Shown here one piece after another: positions 34,501 through 46,114 of a stretch of 64,000 nucleotides of DNA. The stretch's first letter is position 1. The number at the start of each line of letters is the position of its first letter. The position numbers were made by a program, and so were the translations under genes. Under the pieces are notes generated by a model. It did no database searches. It saw only the letters and a program-made list of their open reading frames with translations, and was not told the DNA's origin. This DNA is from Mantamonas sphyraenae STR306 (lineage: Eukaryota > Protista > CRuMs): positions 1 to 64,000 of the forward strand of contig JAPMXV010000060.1 in assembly GCA_026936335.1 (NCBI GenBank), in the 5' to 3' direction.

Positions 34501-35922
34501 GCCAGCGGTTCACCACAGGTCCCACGTAGATGCTCGACAGGCGCACAGGCTCGTCCACGTACGTGTACGCGTACTGGTTGTCGTCCTCCTTCTTGTCGCT
34601 TCCGTCGTCTTCCAGCTTGTACTTGTGCGGCACCAGGCCAATCAGCGTCTCAAACTGTCCGGCGTGCGGCGGGATTGTGTCCAGGCTCGTGGCGCAAGTC
34701 TGCGCCCAGCGCTTCATCGCCACCTCGTACTCTTCAAAGTTCACATAGTGTTCCGGGTTCGGCTCCACAGGCACCAGCTGCGAGAACCACGGATCTTTGT
34801 CGTACGAGTCGTTCTCCACCGCGTGGTCGTGTGCAAGGTCCTCCTCCTTAAAGTCCTCCTCGACCACGTCACCGTCTGCGTTCACGCTCACGCGCTTCTG
34901 GCGCAGAAACGGGCGTGCGTATGACGCGCCCATCACCTGCGGCAGCTGGAAGTAGCCAAGCGCCTCCTCAACTTGGCCTTTCCACGCATACAGCGCCTCG
35001 TCGAAAGCAAAGTAGTCGTCAAACTGGTCTGCCGACGGGAAGCTTTCAAACAGTTCCTTGGCCGGTTGGTATGGCATGGCGCGCAGCATCAGGTCACGGT
35101 AACCCAGGTAGTCGCCCGCTTTGGCGTCGATTTCCTCTTGCTCCAGCTCGCCCGCGCCGTACCCTTCGCTTGCGTCCACCTCGCGGTACAGCAGATCATA
35201 CACCTTGCCGTCTGGCGACGCATACACGGGGAACTGCGGAGGTTGCGTGCGCGACTGAAAGTCTCGCTTCGTGTCCACGTCCGGTCCAATGTACGTGCGG
35301 TTGTCTGTGCGCGTGTGGCAGGCCCCGTGTGTCAGCATCTCTCCAGTACGCCATGCACATGCCCTACGTGCTGCTGCGAATGAATGTCTACAAGCCATAC
35401 GCAGACGTGCATGGTCATGCAGCCTCATACAAACCCGCAGCGGCAAGCAGCAGCAGCGGCGTCGTCTTGCAGCCGCGCCTTTTTTCCCGTTTGCCCCGCT
35501 GGCCGTCCTTCAGCCCCCGTGTGCAAACTTACTGTAAATCATAAACTTGCGCAGGTACGCCTTGCCGTTCTCGCCGCTGATGAGATCCTCCACGGAAGCG
35601 TTGTGCTCATCCACGTCCTGGATAAACTTATCCGACACGCGGCTCAGCTCTGGTTTCTCGTCCTCTTCTCCGCCCTCCTGGCCCATCAGCTCCACCTGCG
35701 ACTCTTCCTGTGTGTCCGCCATGTGCACCCCACACCCATGCACGTGCGCATGTGTATGTTGTGTTTGGTGTCAGCCACTCCTTCTCCCTCAATTCGCACG
35801 GCCTCCGGAGAGGGAAATCTCGGATGCGAAAATGCTTGGCTTCCTTTCCCGGCTTGCCTCTCGTCTTACCTCTTCTGCTGCCGCGTCTTCCTCTGCCTTT
35901 GTGCCATCCTCTCCGCCCTCGC

Positions 35923-35953
<31 letters not shown>

Positions 35954-36346
35954 AGAGCTCGTCTCTCCCTCTGCTGGTGCCTCGCCCTCCTCCTCTCCAG
36001 CGCCTGTGTCGTCGTTGTTCCCCGATTCGTCGTCTTTGTCGTTCGCGCTCTCCTCCTCCTTCTCGCCATCCTCCTCGCCCTCCTCCTCCTGTGTCGTTTC
36101 CTCGCCCTCTCCTTCTGCCTCTGCTTCTTCTCCATCCTGTGCTTGTGCTTCCTCTTCGCCCTCCTCCTCGTTCTTCTCCTCGTCCTCCTCCGCTTTTGCT
36201 TCATCAACCGCCTCCTCTCCTGCTTCCTCTGCAGCTGCCTCCTCCGCTTGCTCTTCATCCTCCACCTCTGTCGTCGTCGTCGTCTCTTCCTCCTCCCCCC
36301 CCTGCGTTTCGTCCGTCGTTGGTGTCGTCTGCTCTTCCTCGCTCAT
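31523..36346 (-). CDS. Large unknown protein, paralog B, with very acidic N-terminal extension
   Basis: Main ORF 31523-35305 plus upstream exons (~35533-35720 and ~35870-36346, MSEEEQTTP...); colinear with paralog A. Confidence 0.85.
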
Positions 36347-36428
36347 CACGCTTCAACACGCAAACTTTTTCTTGGTTGGCGGCAACGTCGCTTTTTTTGC
36401 TTTGGCTCCCTCAATCACGCTCTCTGCC

Positions 36429-37658
36429 TCATCCCAGCGCTTGCGTCAGCGACGCCTTTTGCCGTGCCGTCAGCCTCTCCGGGTACACTACGTCAAACGA
36501 CATCACGAGGTTGCCGTACTCGCCCGTTTTGGAGTTGGGCATCCCTTCCCCCTTCACCACCTTGGTGTAGCCCGGTCGCACAATGTCGTTCACAGGCACG
36601 TTCACCGTACGTCCATCTAGCGTCTCCACTGCCACAGATGTGCCTGTCAGCGCTTCCAAGAGGCTGATCTGCGCCGTCAGGTGCAGGTCGTCGCCATCCC
36701 GCGAAAACACCTCGTGCTTGCTCTCTTCCAGCACAAACACCACGTCTGCCGGCGTGATCCCCGGTCCCTGGTCCCCCTCCTGTGTGAAGCGGATCTTTGT
36801 GCCCTGCTTCCATCCGGGCTTCACGTTGATCGTCAGCGTTTTGTCCACCGACGTCGTGCCCTTCGAACTCTTGCTCAGCACCCGCTTTGTGATCGACACC
36901 TTGCGTCGGCTCCCGTTGTACAGTTCCTCCAGCGAGCACTCCAACGTCTTGACCACCTCGGCCGGCTTCAGCAGGTTCAGTTTCTTCTTCTCTGCCCCCA
37001 CACTCCCGCTCGACGAATCCTCTGCGGTTTCCCATATTGCCTTTCCGTGTCAGCGTCCTTGTCTCGGGCCGCACACAACACTCAGCCACTCCTTCTTGTG
37101 CTCACACCACCCATGTCCAACACCGCACCTCCCTCCTTGCCTCAACCCCCCCTAAACTCACCCTGGAAGAACGTCGCGTACGGGTTGCTCGTCCCAAAAA
37201 ACTGCTGGAAGATGGCCAGCCCGTTGTTGGCGAACGCGTACCCGCCCACAACGCCACCCTTCCCGTCGGGGATGCCGCTCTTGAGTCCCTTTTCCCCATA
37301 CTGGTCGTACAGCGCCCGCAGTTTGCCTGAGAGCGATGGATCAATGCAAGCACGTGTCAGCCTCGTCCAAGGGCGTCCCCACCGCTGCGAGAAATCGACC
37401 GTTGCTCCCATCCACGGCTCTTCCTCGTCGCCCACGCCATCTCTGCACACCCTCCCGCCCAAACGTACGGTTGCTCAGCACCTCGTAGGCCTCTGAAACT
37501 CGGTTGAATGTGTCCAGCTGCTCCTCTGCATCCTTGCTGCTCCCAACCACCTTGTCCGGGTGGTGCTTCAAGGCAAGCGCTCGGTATGCGTCCGTGATCT
37601 CTTGGCCAGAAGCACTGGCGTTGATGCCCAGCACGGCGTAGTATGTGGAAGTTGACAT
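36429..37658 (-). CDS. Type II DnaJ/Hsp40, DNAJB13/RSP16-like
   Basis: J domain with HPD (LKHHPDK); [10 protein letters not shown] and [11 protein letters not shown]; C-terminal domain [22 protein letters not shown]; no zinc finger; two introns. Confidence 0.88.
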
Positions 37659-37771
37659 GCGTGCGTGTGGATGTGTCTGCGTGCCTTGGGTGTCGAGAGA
37701 AATGCCTTTGCGCCGCCTGCGCCACAACTTTCCACCCCACCCCAACAACAACAACAACAAACCACCACAAC

Positions 37772-39234
37772 ATGCCTCAGTGCTACTCGTGCGACAAGAT
37801 CGTGAGCAAAACATATGACGTCGATGGCGAAGGGTTCTGCGCAAGCTGCCACGCCATGATGGAGGGCACCGTGAGCAGTGCGGCCGAGACTGCCAGCAGC
37901 ATGTTTGGCAAGGTGTTGGCCTTGGACGAGGAGCAAACCACCTCGGGACGCTCCCAACAGACCTCCAACGTCAGTCTCAACCTGTCCAACTCAAGCGTGA
38001 ACAAGCTGATGGGCCTCACCGACGACGACGAAAGCGACAAAGCCCGTCGCAGGCGTATGCTGGCCCAGAAGGCCATGCGTGAAAGCGGAGGCGGCAGCGG
38101 AGGAAGCACAAGCTTCAGTGGTGCTCGCGTTTCCACCAGCGGCGACAGCACCTGGCAGGCCAAGCAGGCGCAGCTCAAGAAGGAGCAAGAGGAAAAAAGG
38201 GCTCAGGAGGACAAAGAAAGGGAGGCCCGCGCACGCGAGCGTCGTGAGCGAGTTGCCCGCGAAGAGGAAGCGCGAAAGGCTGCCGAAGCCAAGGCGCTTG
38301 AGCGTGAAAAGGACATGAAGGAGCAGATCGAACGCGAGAAGAAACGTGAGGAGATGCGTGCTCGCGTCGAAGCCGAGCGCAAGGCAGCTGAAGTTATGCG
38401 TCAGAAGCAAGAAGACGCACGCAAGGCCGACCAAGCCAAGGCGCTCGAGCGTGAAAAGGACATGAAGGAGCAGATCGAACGCGAGAAGAAACGTGAGGAG
38501 ATGCGTGCTCGCGTCGAAGCCGAGCGCAAGGCAGCCGAAGCCATGCGCAAGCAGCAAGAAGACGCACGCAGAGCAGCCGAAGCAAAGGCCATGGAGCGTG
38601 AGAAGGAGATGAAGGAGCAGAATGCGCGGGAACGGGAGCGCGAGGAAAGGCGTGCTCGCGAGGAATCCGAACGCAAGGCCAGGCAGGCGCAGGAGGAGCG
38701 AGAGCGCGCTGCCAAGGAGCAAACCGAGAAAGCCGCCCGTGAAGAGTACGAGAGGCAGCAAAAGTTGGCTGAGGAGCAGAAGGCTGCCGAAATGGCACGA
38801 TTGAAGCGCGAAGAGGAGGAGCGCAAGATGCGCGAAGAGGCCGAGTACGCGCGTCGCAAGGAAGAGGAGCGTTTGAGGATGGAACGACAGTTGGAGGAGG
38901 AGAAGCAGCGCCTGATGCGCGAAGAGGCCGAGATGCAACGCCAGCAGGAACTTCAGGCAAACTCCACTAGCAGCGCAGAAGCCGACGCAGACAAGCTGGG
39001 CGACATCCTTGCCTCTCTCGGCGACACAAGCGACGACCTGGGCGAGAAAAAGCCGTCATCTGCAGGCGGCGGTGGTGGCAGCGGCGGCTCGTCCGCACCT
39101 CCGCCTCCGCCTCCTCCTCGCAAGACCGCAGGAGGTGGTGGAGGTGGTGGAGGTGGTGGCCCGCCCCCGCCTCCTCCTCCGCCTCCCAAGGGCGGCATTC
39201 CTGTCACCAAGAAGGCCATGAGCAGCTCCACGAC

Positions 39235-39266
<32 letters not shown>

Positions 39267-39562
39267 GTAGCAGCAGCGGCGGCGGCGGCGGCGGAGGTCA
39301 AATGCGTGCAGCGCCCAGCGACCTGCTCTCTTCTATCAACAACTTCTCCAAGAACAAGCTCAAGAAGACGCAAACCAAGGACCGCTCCTCGCCCATTGTC
39401 AAGAAGAGCGACGGCGGTGGTGGCGGAAGCAACAGCAGCAGCAGCGGCGGAAGCAGCAGCGGCGGAGGTGGCGGTGGCATGTACGGCGGTGGCAACAGCA
39501 TCATGGCCCAGGCAATGGCCAAGCGCGGCGCGTTGAAGAAGACGGGCAACAACTTGCGCTGA
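37772..39562 (+). CDS. Actin-regulator-like protein: N-terminal CxxC..CxxC finger, ER/K helix, polyproline, WH2
   Basis: MPQCYSC...FCASCH; long E/R/K-rich helix; two PPPPPPP tracts; WH2 [23 protein letters not shown] and a terminal LKKT. Confidence 0.8.
38288..38625 (+). repeat. 147-bp (49-aa) coding tandem repeat, about 2.3 copies
   Basis: Units begin at 38288, 38435 and 38582 ([13 protein letters not shown]...). Confidence 0.9.
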
Positions 39563-39599
39563 CGGAGGGAGCGAAAGAAAGAAAGTCGACCATTTCATC

Positions 39600-41671
39600 A
39601 TGTCCACAACAGCCACCTCAGCCACAAGGCGCACCCTCACTCGGTTTAGAACCGAACTGGTAAACCTGGAGGCCGAGTTGGAGGAGAAGATACTCGACAT
39701 GCCCATGAGCGAGACCGTGGAGAAAATGATCGACACCCTGTACACAAAACCCGTGCTGCAAGAGTTTGACCGCCGCGATGGACGCGATGAGCCGCGTGCG
39801 AATCAGTTGCAGGCTTGGTACCACACACGTCTCAACTCACGCACGAACAAGAGCTTTGCCGCTCTCGGCGAACTGGCAGTCAAGGTTGCGCTGCTGCAGA
39901 TCGCCGTGGATCCTGGAACGTCGCAAGCGCACTCCCTGCGCCTCATCTCCATCCTCGACACCGTCTCGCAACTTTCACACAGCATGGTCGTCTACATGCA
40001 CCTCGTCACTCCACAGTGGGGACACTACGTGCCCCAGCCTCGCAACTTCCCTGCGGCTCTCGCCTGGAAGGACCGCTACATGGTCGTTTTGGCCGGCACA
40101 AACTCGCTCTACGGGCCAGTGAAGGAAATCGAAATGTTTGATGTGCGCGACCGCGTCTGGGCCCTCAAGGTATGTTGTTTGTATGCGCACCAGCGCGTTT
40201 TCCCGCTGAGCAGCGATTTCCACCGTCCAAGAAATCCCATCTTCCGGGCCGTCCTTGCCCACGTGCTTCTGGACCTTGCCCAACCGCATACACCCTGTTC
40301 ACCGGTCCACATGTCCGTGTTAGGTCGACTCCGCACCTGCATGTGGCCCTGCCTCCTCCGTGTGCTGTGGGGCAGTGCATGTTTTGTGTCGACGCCGCCA
40401 CGCAGTTCGCTCACCTTGTGTTGAACCCACGCAAAAACGCAAACGCAAAACGTTGCACACACAGAATGTCGCCGGTGAACCGGGCATCTGGCACGCGAAG
40501 CGTGCAGAGGCCCACCCCGCTCTCAACAATGAGGTCATCGTTGTCGTCGGAGGGCTGCACGTCAACAACACGTCCAAGTACCAATCCACAAGCATGCCGC
40601 TCACCGAAGAGGATGAATTGAAGGAAGCCCGACTGGAAATGCGCACCCACATGGTGGATGTCATCGACACACGCCAGGAAGAAGAGTGGTCCTGGTGCAC
40701 TGTCCGGCACGACGTGCACGCAGGCGGGCGCACCATCCCGGAGGACATGTCTGCGTTTGAGTGGCTGACCACCATCATGCCCAGGAGTGGATACACATCC
40801 ACTGTGGTCAACGGAAACTGCCTCACCATTCTCGGGGGCCAGGTGGGCGACCTCGACGCCACCATGCCCATTCTCCGCGCCACCATCAACTGGCCCAGCG
40901 AAGGCGAGGCTACTCATGACGAGGAGACTGGACTTCCCATCGTCAACATTCTGTGGGAACCTGTCATTGTCTCGGGCACTCTTGCGCACAGGACTGTGCG
41001 CAACGCAAAAGCGGTCACCATCAACCAGGGAACTCAGGACGAACGTATCCTTCTCGTCGGCGGAACCGACGGCACGCACGACAACATGCCCTTCCATGTC
41101 TACCTCTATTCCATCGACAGCAACCTAGACTCCCAGAGACTGCGTATCAAGGACGCGCCCGCACTCGAGGAGCAAATGGGCGACACGCTCGACGACCACC
41201 AGGTTTGCGTGTACAACAACGAAGTGTACATCCTAGGTGGATCCATTATGAACCCGCGCACAGTTGGCCAGTCACGCATGCCTGCCCACCTCATCCTCAA
41301 ACCAGACTCGCTCACTGTCGACCTCCTTGTGCGCCAGGTTCCCGACTCCCAGCAGAACGAGGCCATCCGCTTCATGTTGGAGCAACTGTCTATCACAGAC
41401 CACAGGTTGGAAAACAACGGACACGCTGCAACCGTCGTCGATGGCCACGTCATCTGCTTCGGTGGCGAGGACTACCGCGCTGCCACTGTGCCCACCTCGA
41501 CCACCATTGTCTATGCACTGCCGGCTCCCTCCGATATGGCCTCCATGCCATCTTGTATCCAGGCCGCCATGCTCGAGGCTGTGGCCATGTTGCCCATCTT
41601 TGAACAGCTCCGTTATCCCAACCGGCCGCCGGCCCTCCTCGTCGCCAGCGCGGGTCTGAACGACGACGCAG

Positions 41672-41709
<38 letters not shown>

Positions 41710-43236
41710 CGTAGTACCACCAACACCAGCAGTATCAGTAGCAGCAGCACTGCCGAAGGAGAGAACGAATTGGTCGTAGCCACGGGCGACCTTGGCAACG
41801 GGGAAAACATCAGCAACAGCAGCAGCAACAGCAGCAGCAGCGGCAACAGCAGCAGTGGCACCGAAGGAACCACTGGAATTCTCTCGTTGACGTCCGCTGC
41901 CAACTGGAAGGGACTGGAGCATGAGGCGACTTTGGGCCCTCTCCAAATTCCTGCCGAGAGGTCTGTGCTGCCCATCTCCCACTGTATTCGTCGCTACCTT
42001 CGCCACTACCTTTCAGCCAACATGTGGTACACACAAGCTGAACCGCGCCGTCGACGCGCTTTTGGCTCCCGGTCCTCGACCTCGGAAGCTTCGTCCTCAT
42101 CGTCGTCGTCAGCGGCGTCGTCGTCCTCCTCTTCGTCGGCATTCTCCTCCTCCACATCCAAGGAAACATCCCCGTTTTCCAACAAAAAGGGCCGTGGGGA
42201 GAGGCGACGACGACGCTTTGCCAAGGCCAAACACGAAGCGGAGACTTCGTTTTCTGCCCGCAAGCCCAAGCCCAGCTCCACAGCGACATTCGGTGGAGTT
42301 GTGCAGTCCATGAAGCCCGAAGAGCGTGTCCAAGGCAAACCCCAGACAGCAGGTCGCTTTCGTAGCCGCAAGTCCAACTCCCGACAACATGCCCCGTTCA
42401 CACCGGCTTCTACCCCCGACGTGCAGGAAGCTCTGGAAGCAGCAGTCCAGAGCACCCAGGCGGGCCAACTCGGCAATCTTGATGCATCCAAGCACTTGTC
42501 TGCCGACACAGGCTCTGTAGAAGACGATGACATGACCACGAGCACGACGAGCACGACGAGCACGACGAGCACGAGCACAACGACAACGACAACTACGTCG
42601 ACAGAGACGACGGACACAACGGACGAAACGGTCGAACAAGAGCAACCAAGGCAACGTTTTGTGCTCTCTGGCCTGTCCAACACGTCACCAAATACCGCTT
42701 CCGTCGACTCATCGGCTCCCCGCTTGTCTCTGCAGAGTCGACTGTCGCAACGCGCCAGCCGTGCCCAGCATCGCAGTCCCACAACGTCCACCACCTCTAC
42801 CTCGACTTCCAACTCGAATGAGACCACCTCAAGCGGAACGGGCCGGTTTTCGGGAGGAGGCGGCTCTGGTCGATTCTCCACTGCATCTCGATCTCGAGGC
42901 GGCGACCGCACGCGCTCCACACGATTCTCTGCTCTGAGTGCCAGCGTTGCTGCTGCAGAGAGCGCGGCAGCGTCTACAAGCACGAGCACCATCAGCACAC
43001 TGAGTGCAGGTACAACCAACAGCAACAGCACCGACAATCCCGACAGTGAACAGGTCACATTTGTTGCCACACCCCTCCTTCCATGGAGTTCTGACGGGAG
43101 CATGCTGGGGGCCGCTGCAGACTCAGATCCACCCCAGCCCACCGTACCCGATCCAGTCGACGAACTGGAGGCGGACACCAGTCTCGATGCAGAACCTGCA
43201 CCGGCTCCTCGCAGCGGACGCTCTCGTGCAATGTGA
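39600..43236 (+). CDS. Kelch-repeat protein with long Ser/Thr-rich disordered C-terminus
   Basis: Kelch GG motifs (VVVGG, ILGGQ, LLVGG, YILGG, CFGGE); phase-0 intron 40170-40464. Confidence 0.75.
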
Positions 43237-43271
43237 AAATCATCAACAAAGCTCTTCATTGCCTGCACAGC

Positions 43272-45557
43272 TCACAGCACAGGATCCAACACCATGCACA
43301 GCGCATCACCGTCCCCGTGCAGGTGCAACATGCCCCCACGTTGATACATGGGCACTATCTTGAGACTGCCAAAGCGCTGGGACAGGTACTGAGAGCGGTA
43401 CAGCGTCATAGTGCTCTCGGTGGGCGCGTAAAAGCGTCGTACAGATGCGGCGCATTCGTCCTCACCCTGCGCCGTGCGCCACATCCCATCGGCGTACACA
43501 AAACATTGTGTGCCTGCCACATGCTTGTCGTGTGCGTACCATCCAATTACTCGCGTGCCATCGTCCATGGCGCCCGACGAGCGCACCTCCAGCTCAAACG
43601 CGGGGTGGTGCGACATCAGGATGTCTGCATGTGCAGACAAGCTTCCTGAACTCGTGCGACGGACCCAAACCGCAGCAGGCATCACCACAGAGTCGACGTC
43701 CAGCTTGTACATCACGTTGTTGTAGTCGTACTGGGGGGTGGGCGTCTTGACGTTCGAGAACGCGTTGTTGTATGTTCCGCTAAAGTACACGTAGCGACCA
43801 CCTCCTTGGAACGGCAGCTGGTCATGTTGCACCGGGTTGTAAAACGTGTAACCGGACGGGTGGCTCACCACCTTGACCGCGTGTCGCCAGCCCAGCAGCG
43901 GCGAGTCGCTTGTCGAATAGAAAATCTCACCCGCTGGCGACGGCGAACCACCCAACTGTTGCGCAAACATGATGTACTTGCCCACGTGCGCATTCCATCG
44001 AAACGTACCCGCAGACGCAAGCACCTCTTGGCCTGTGGCTGTATCGTAGAATTGAAGCAGCCGTTCCGTGCTGTTCATCATTGACGCGTTCACAAGCCTT
44101 CGTTGCAATGCCTGGTCTACAGGCGGGGTGTGTGCCTTCCACGCATATAAAAGTTGGCCTTGCGCATTCCTGTCGAGCTGAATGTGCTTCACGTCGGCGG
44201 TGATGTTTGTGCCGGCCACCAGCGGGGTGTACGCCTGGTACTGCTTGATGTCTGCGATGCTGTCTCGCGACGCCTGTACGCGCACCATCGCCCACGGGTT
44301 GTAAATGTACACGTATCCGTCGCTGCGCTGCACCGCGTGCTGGTTCGTTTGCACGGCACGCACCATCGGATCGTCCAGCGGCCACAGCGTCACCTCGTCC
44401 ATCGTGTGTGTGCTCTCGTTCCACTGGGCCAGTCCAAACTTGAGCTGCGTTGTCAGGTCTTGCACCTTGACAAAGTGGCAGAACATCCCCTGCTCCGAGC
44501 CTGCCGAACTGAGCACAAACAGAGCACTGACCCAGGTCGGATGGTTCTGCGGCTCCACGTGTGTGATGTGCTGCACAAATGATCCTGCGTTGCAGGGGTC
44601 TCCCTGCGAGCCCTTGCCATCCGAGTAGTAGCTAATGTTCACCGCCACATCCAAGTCGGTCGACGACACTTGCGCTCCCGTCGTGGCAAAGCTGCCCAGC
44701 GGATACGCCACCCAATTTGTGTCGCCCCAGAACCAGTGCACGTTGCCTTTGTATGTTGCCGTTTGGATGCTGTCCTGGCCAATCACGCCTGTGTTGAGTG
44801 TCGGACACTCCACAGGCACCGCGGGCACTGTGGTGTTGTACCCAAGGGCCAGCACAGTGTCCTTGTACACATCCTGACCCGTCAATCTGTAGATTCGCTG
44901 TGCAAGCATCGTACGTCGCATCTTCAGCGTGATCACAGCTGCGTGTGTGTCCCAGTCAGCGCCACAGCCGTAGACACACAAAGTGCGGCAACCACGACGA
45001 CGTGTCAGAGGCCTGCCCCACACACCACCTCCTGTGCCCGTTCACGCTCCGCTGCACCCTCTCCCGCACTCACCTCCAAGTTGCACTGTGATTTTTGTGC
45101 CACGGAATCCAAAGCCGTCCTTCTTGAACTCGTAGCCGTCGCTTTCCACCGTCAGCCAAATCTGTGTGCCGTCCCACGACGGCTCAAAAAACACTGCCAC
45201 GCCGTTGCTGTCTGTGTAGCGCACGTACCAACTCACTGCCGTGAGCTTCACCAATGGGATTCCACGGCCCGTGTCCTCGTCCACGACATGGATGATCACC
45301 GATGCACGGTCGGCTGGCGACGCTTCGTGCGACGGGCCTGGTTTTGGGCCGGGAGCCGGTGCGGCCTTGTGTGTGGGCACCAGCAGCACCACCAACACTA
45401 CCGAGGCAATTGCTGCTGCCAACAAGAACCCAATCAACAGCGATAGCTTGTGCACACGACGGTACCATGGGCGTCCGTCGCCAGGAGCTCCATGCTCCAT
45501 TAGAAGTGACTCTCGGTGTGAGCTCGCATTGTCATTGCTCCGAAAGCGAGAGAACAT
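43272..45557 (-). CDS. Type II membrane protein with bacterial-like luminal domain (carboxypeptidase-regulatory-like beta domain plus probable beta-propeller)
   Basis: N-terminal TM; IHVVDEDTGRGIPLV, TDSNG, GYEFKKDGFGFRG, WFWGDT..YPLG, YTFYNP and TPQYDYNNVMYKLD; intron 44939-45073 joins in frame. Confidence 0.75.
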
Positions 45558-45658
45558 GGCGTGTGAATTCGTGTGTTCCTCCTTCTGCGGCGGTTGGAAT
45601 GCAACAGAGCGGTGCGTTGGCCGCACCCGCGCGACCAGACCGAAATTGTGGGAGTGCC

Positions 45659-46069
45659 ATGGTCCGCTACACCCGTGCCTATCAGCTGGAGCAGCTGCGC
45701 AGGTTCCCAGGCTGGACAGAAGATGACTATGAACACGAGTGTACCTTTGCATGCAACAGTATGGCCCAGCAGAACGACGATTGCGAGGCGCACGAGCTGG
45801 AGGACGAAGACATTGTCTTTCTCTGGGACAACACCTACGCCGTCACACGAGGCATTCACGAAGACAAGAACGTTGTGTTTCCCCAAGAGTTTGTCACGGA
45901 GGACTGGATCGACTTTTGTCACGACCAGCTTGGATTCAATCCCGAGGATCACAAGAACGCCGATGTCTCCTTTCGCGGATCTCAATTGCCGAAATCGGCT
46001 CCTTCTTCCTCATCCAGCTCATCAAGCTCGTCAAGCTCCTCCTCTATCGACCCAGAGATGGCCATCTGA
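45659..46069 (+). CDS. Small acidic protein resembling an uncharacterised bacterial family
   Basis: MVRYTRAYQLEQLRRFPGWTE...EDIVFLWDN..VTRGIHEDKNVVF...VTEDWIDFCHDQLGF; fills the gap between flanking genes. Confidence 0.7.
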   Translation: MVRYTRAYQLEQLRRFPGWTEDDYEHECTFACNSMAQQNDDCEAHELEDEDIVFLWDNTYAVTRGIHEDKNVVFPQEFVTEDWIDFCHDQLGFNPEDHKNADVSFRGSQLPKSAPSSSSSSSSSSSSSSIDPEMAI

Positions 46070-46114
46070 ACCAATGGCGTCCAATCATCCCCATTGTCGA
46101 CAATGGGGAGGATG

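Noticed and set aside
31376-34924. 1182-aa plus-strand ORF (likewise 56785-59496, 13837-15366, 15490-16857 and other long antisense ORFs)
   Set aside because: Shadow ORFs antisense to real genes, produced by GC-rich codon bias; they have L/V/H/R-rich composition and no motifs.
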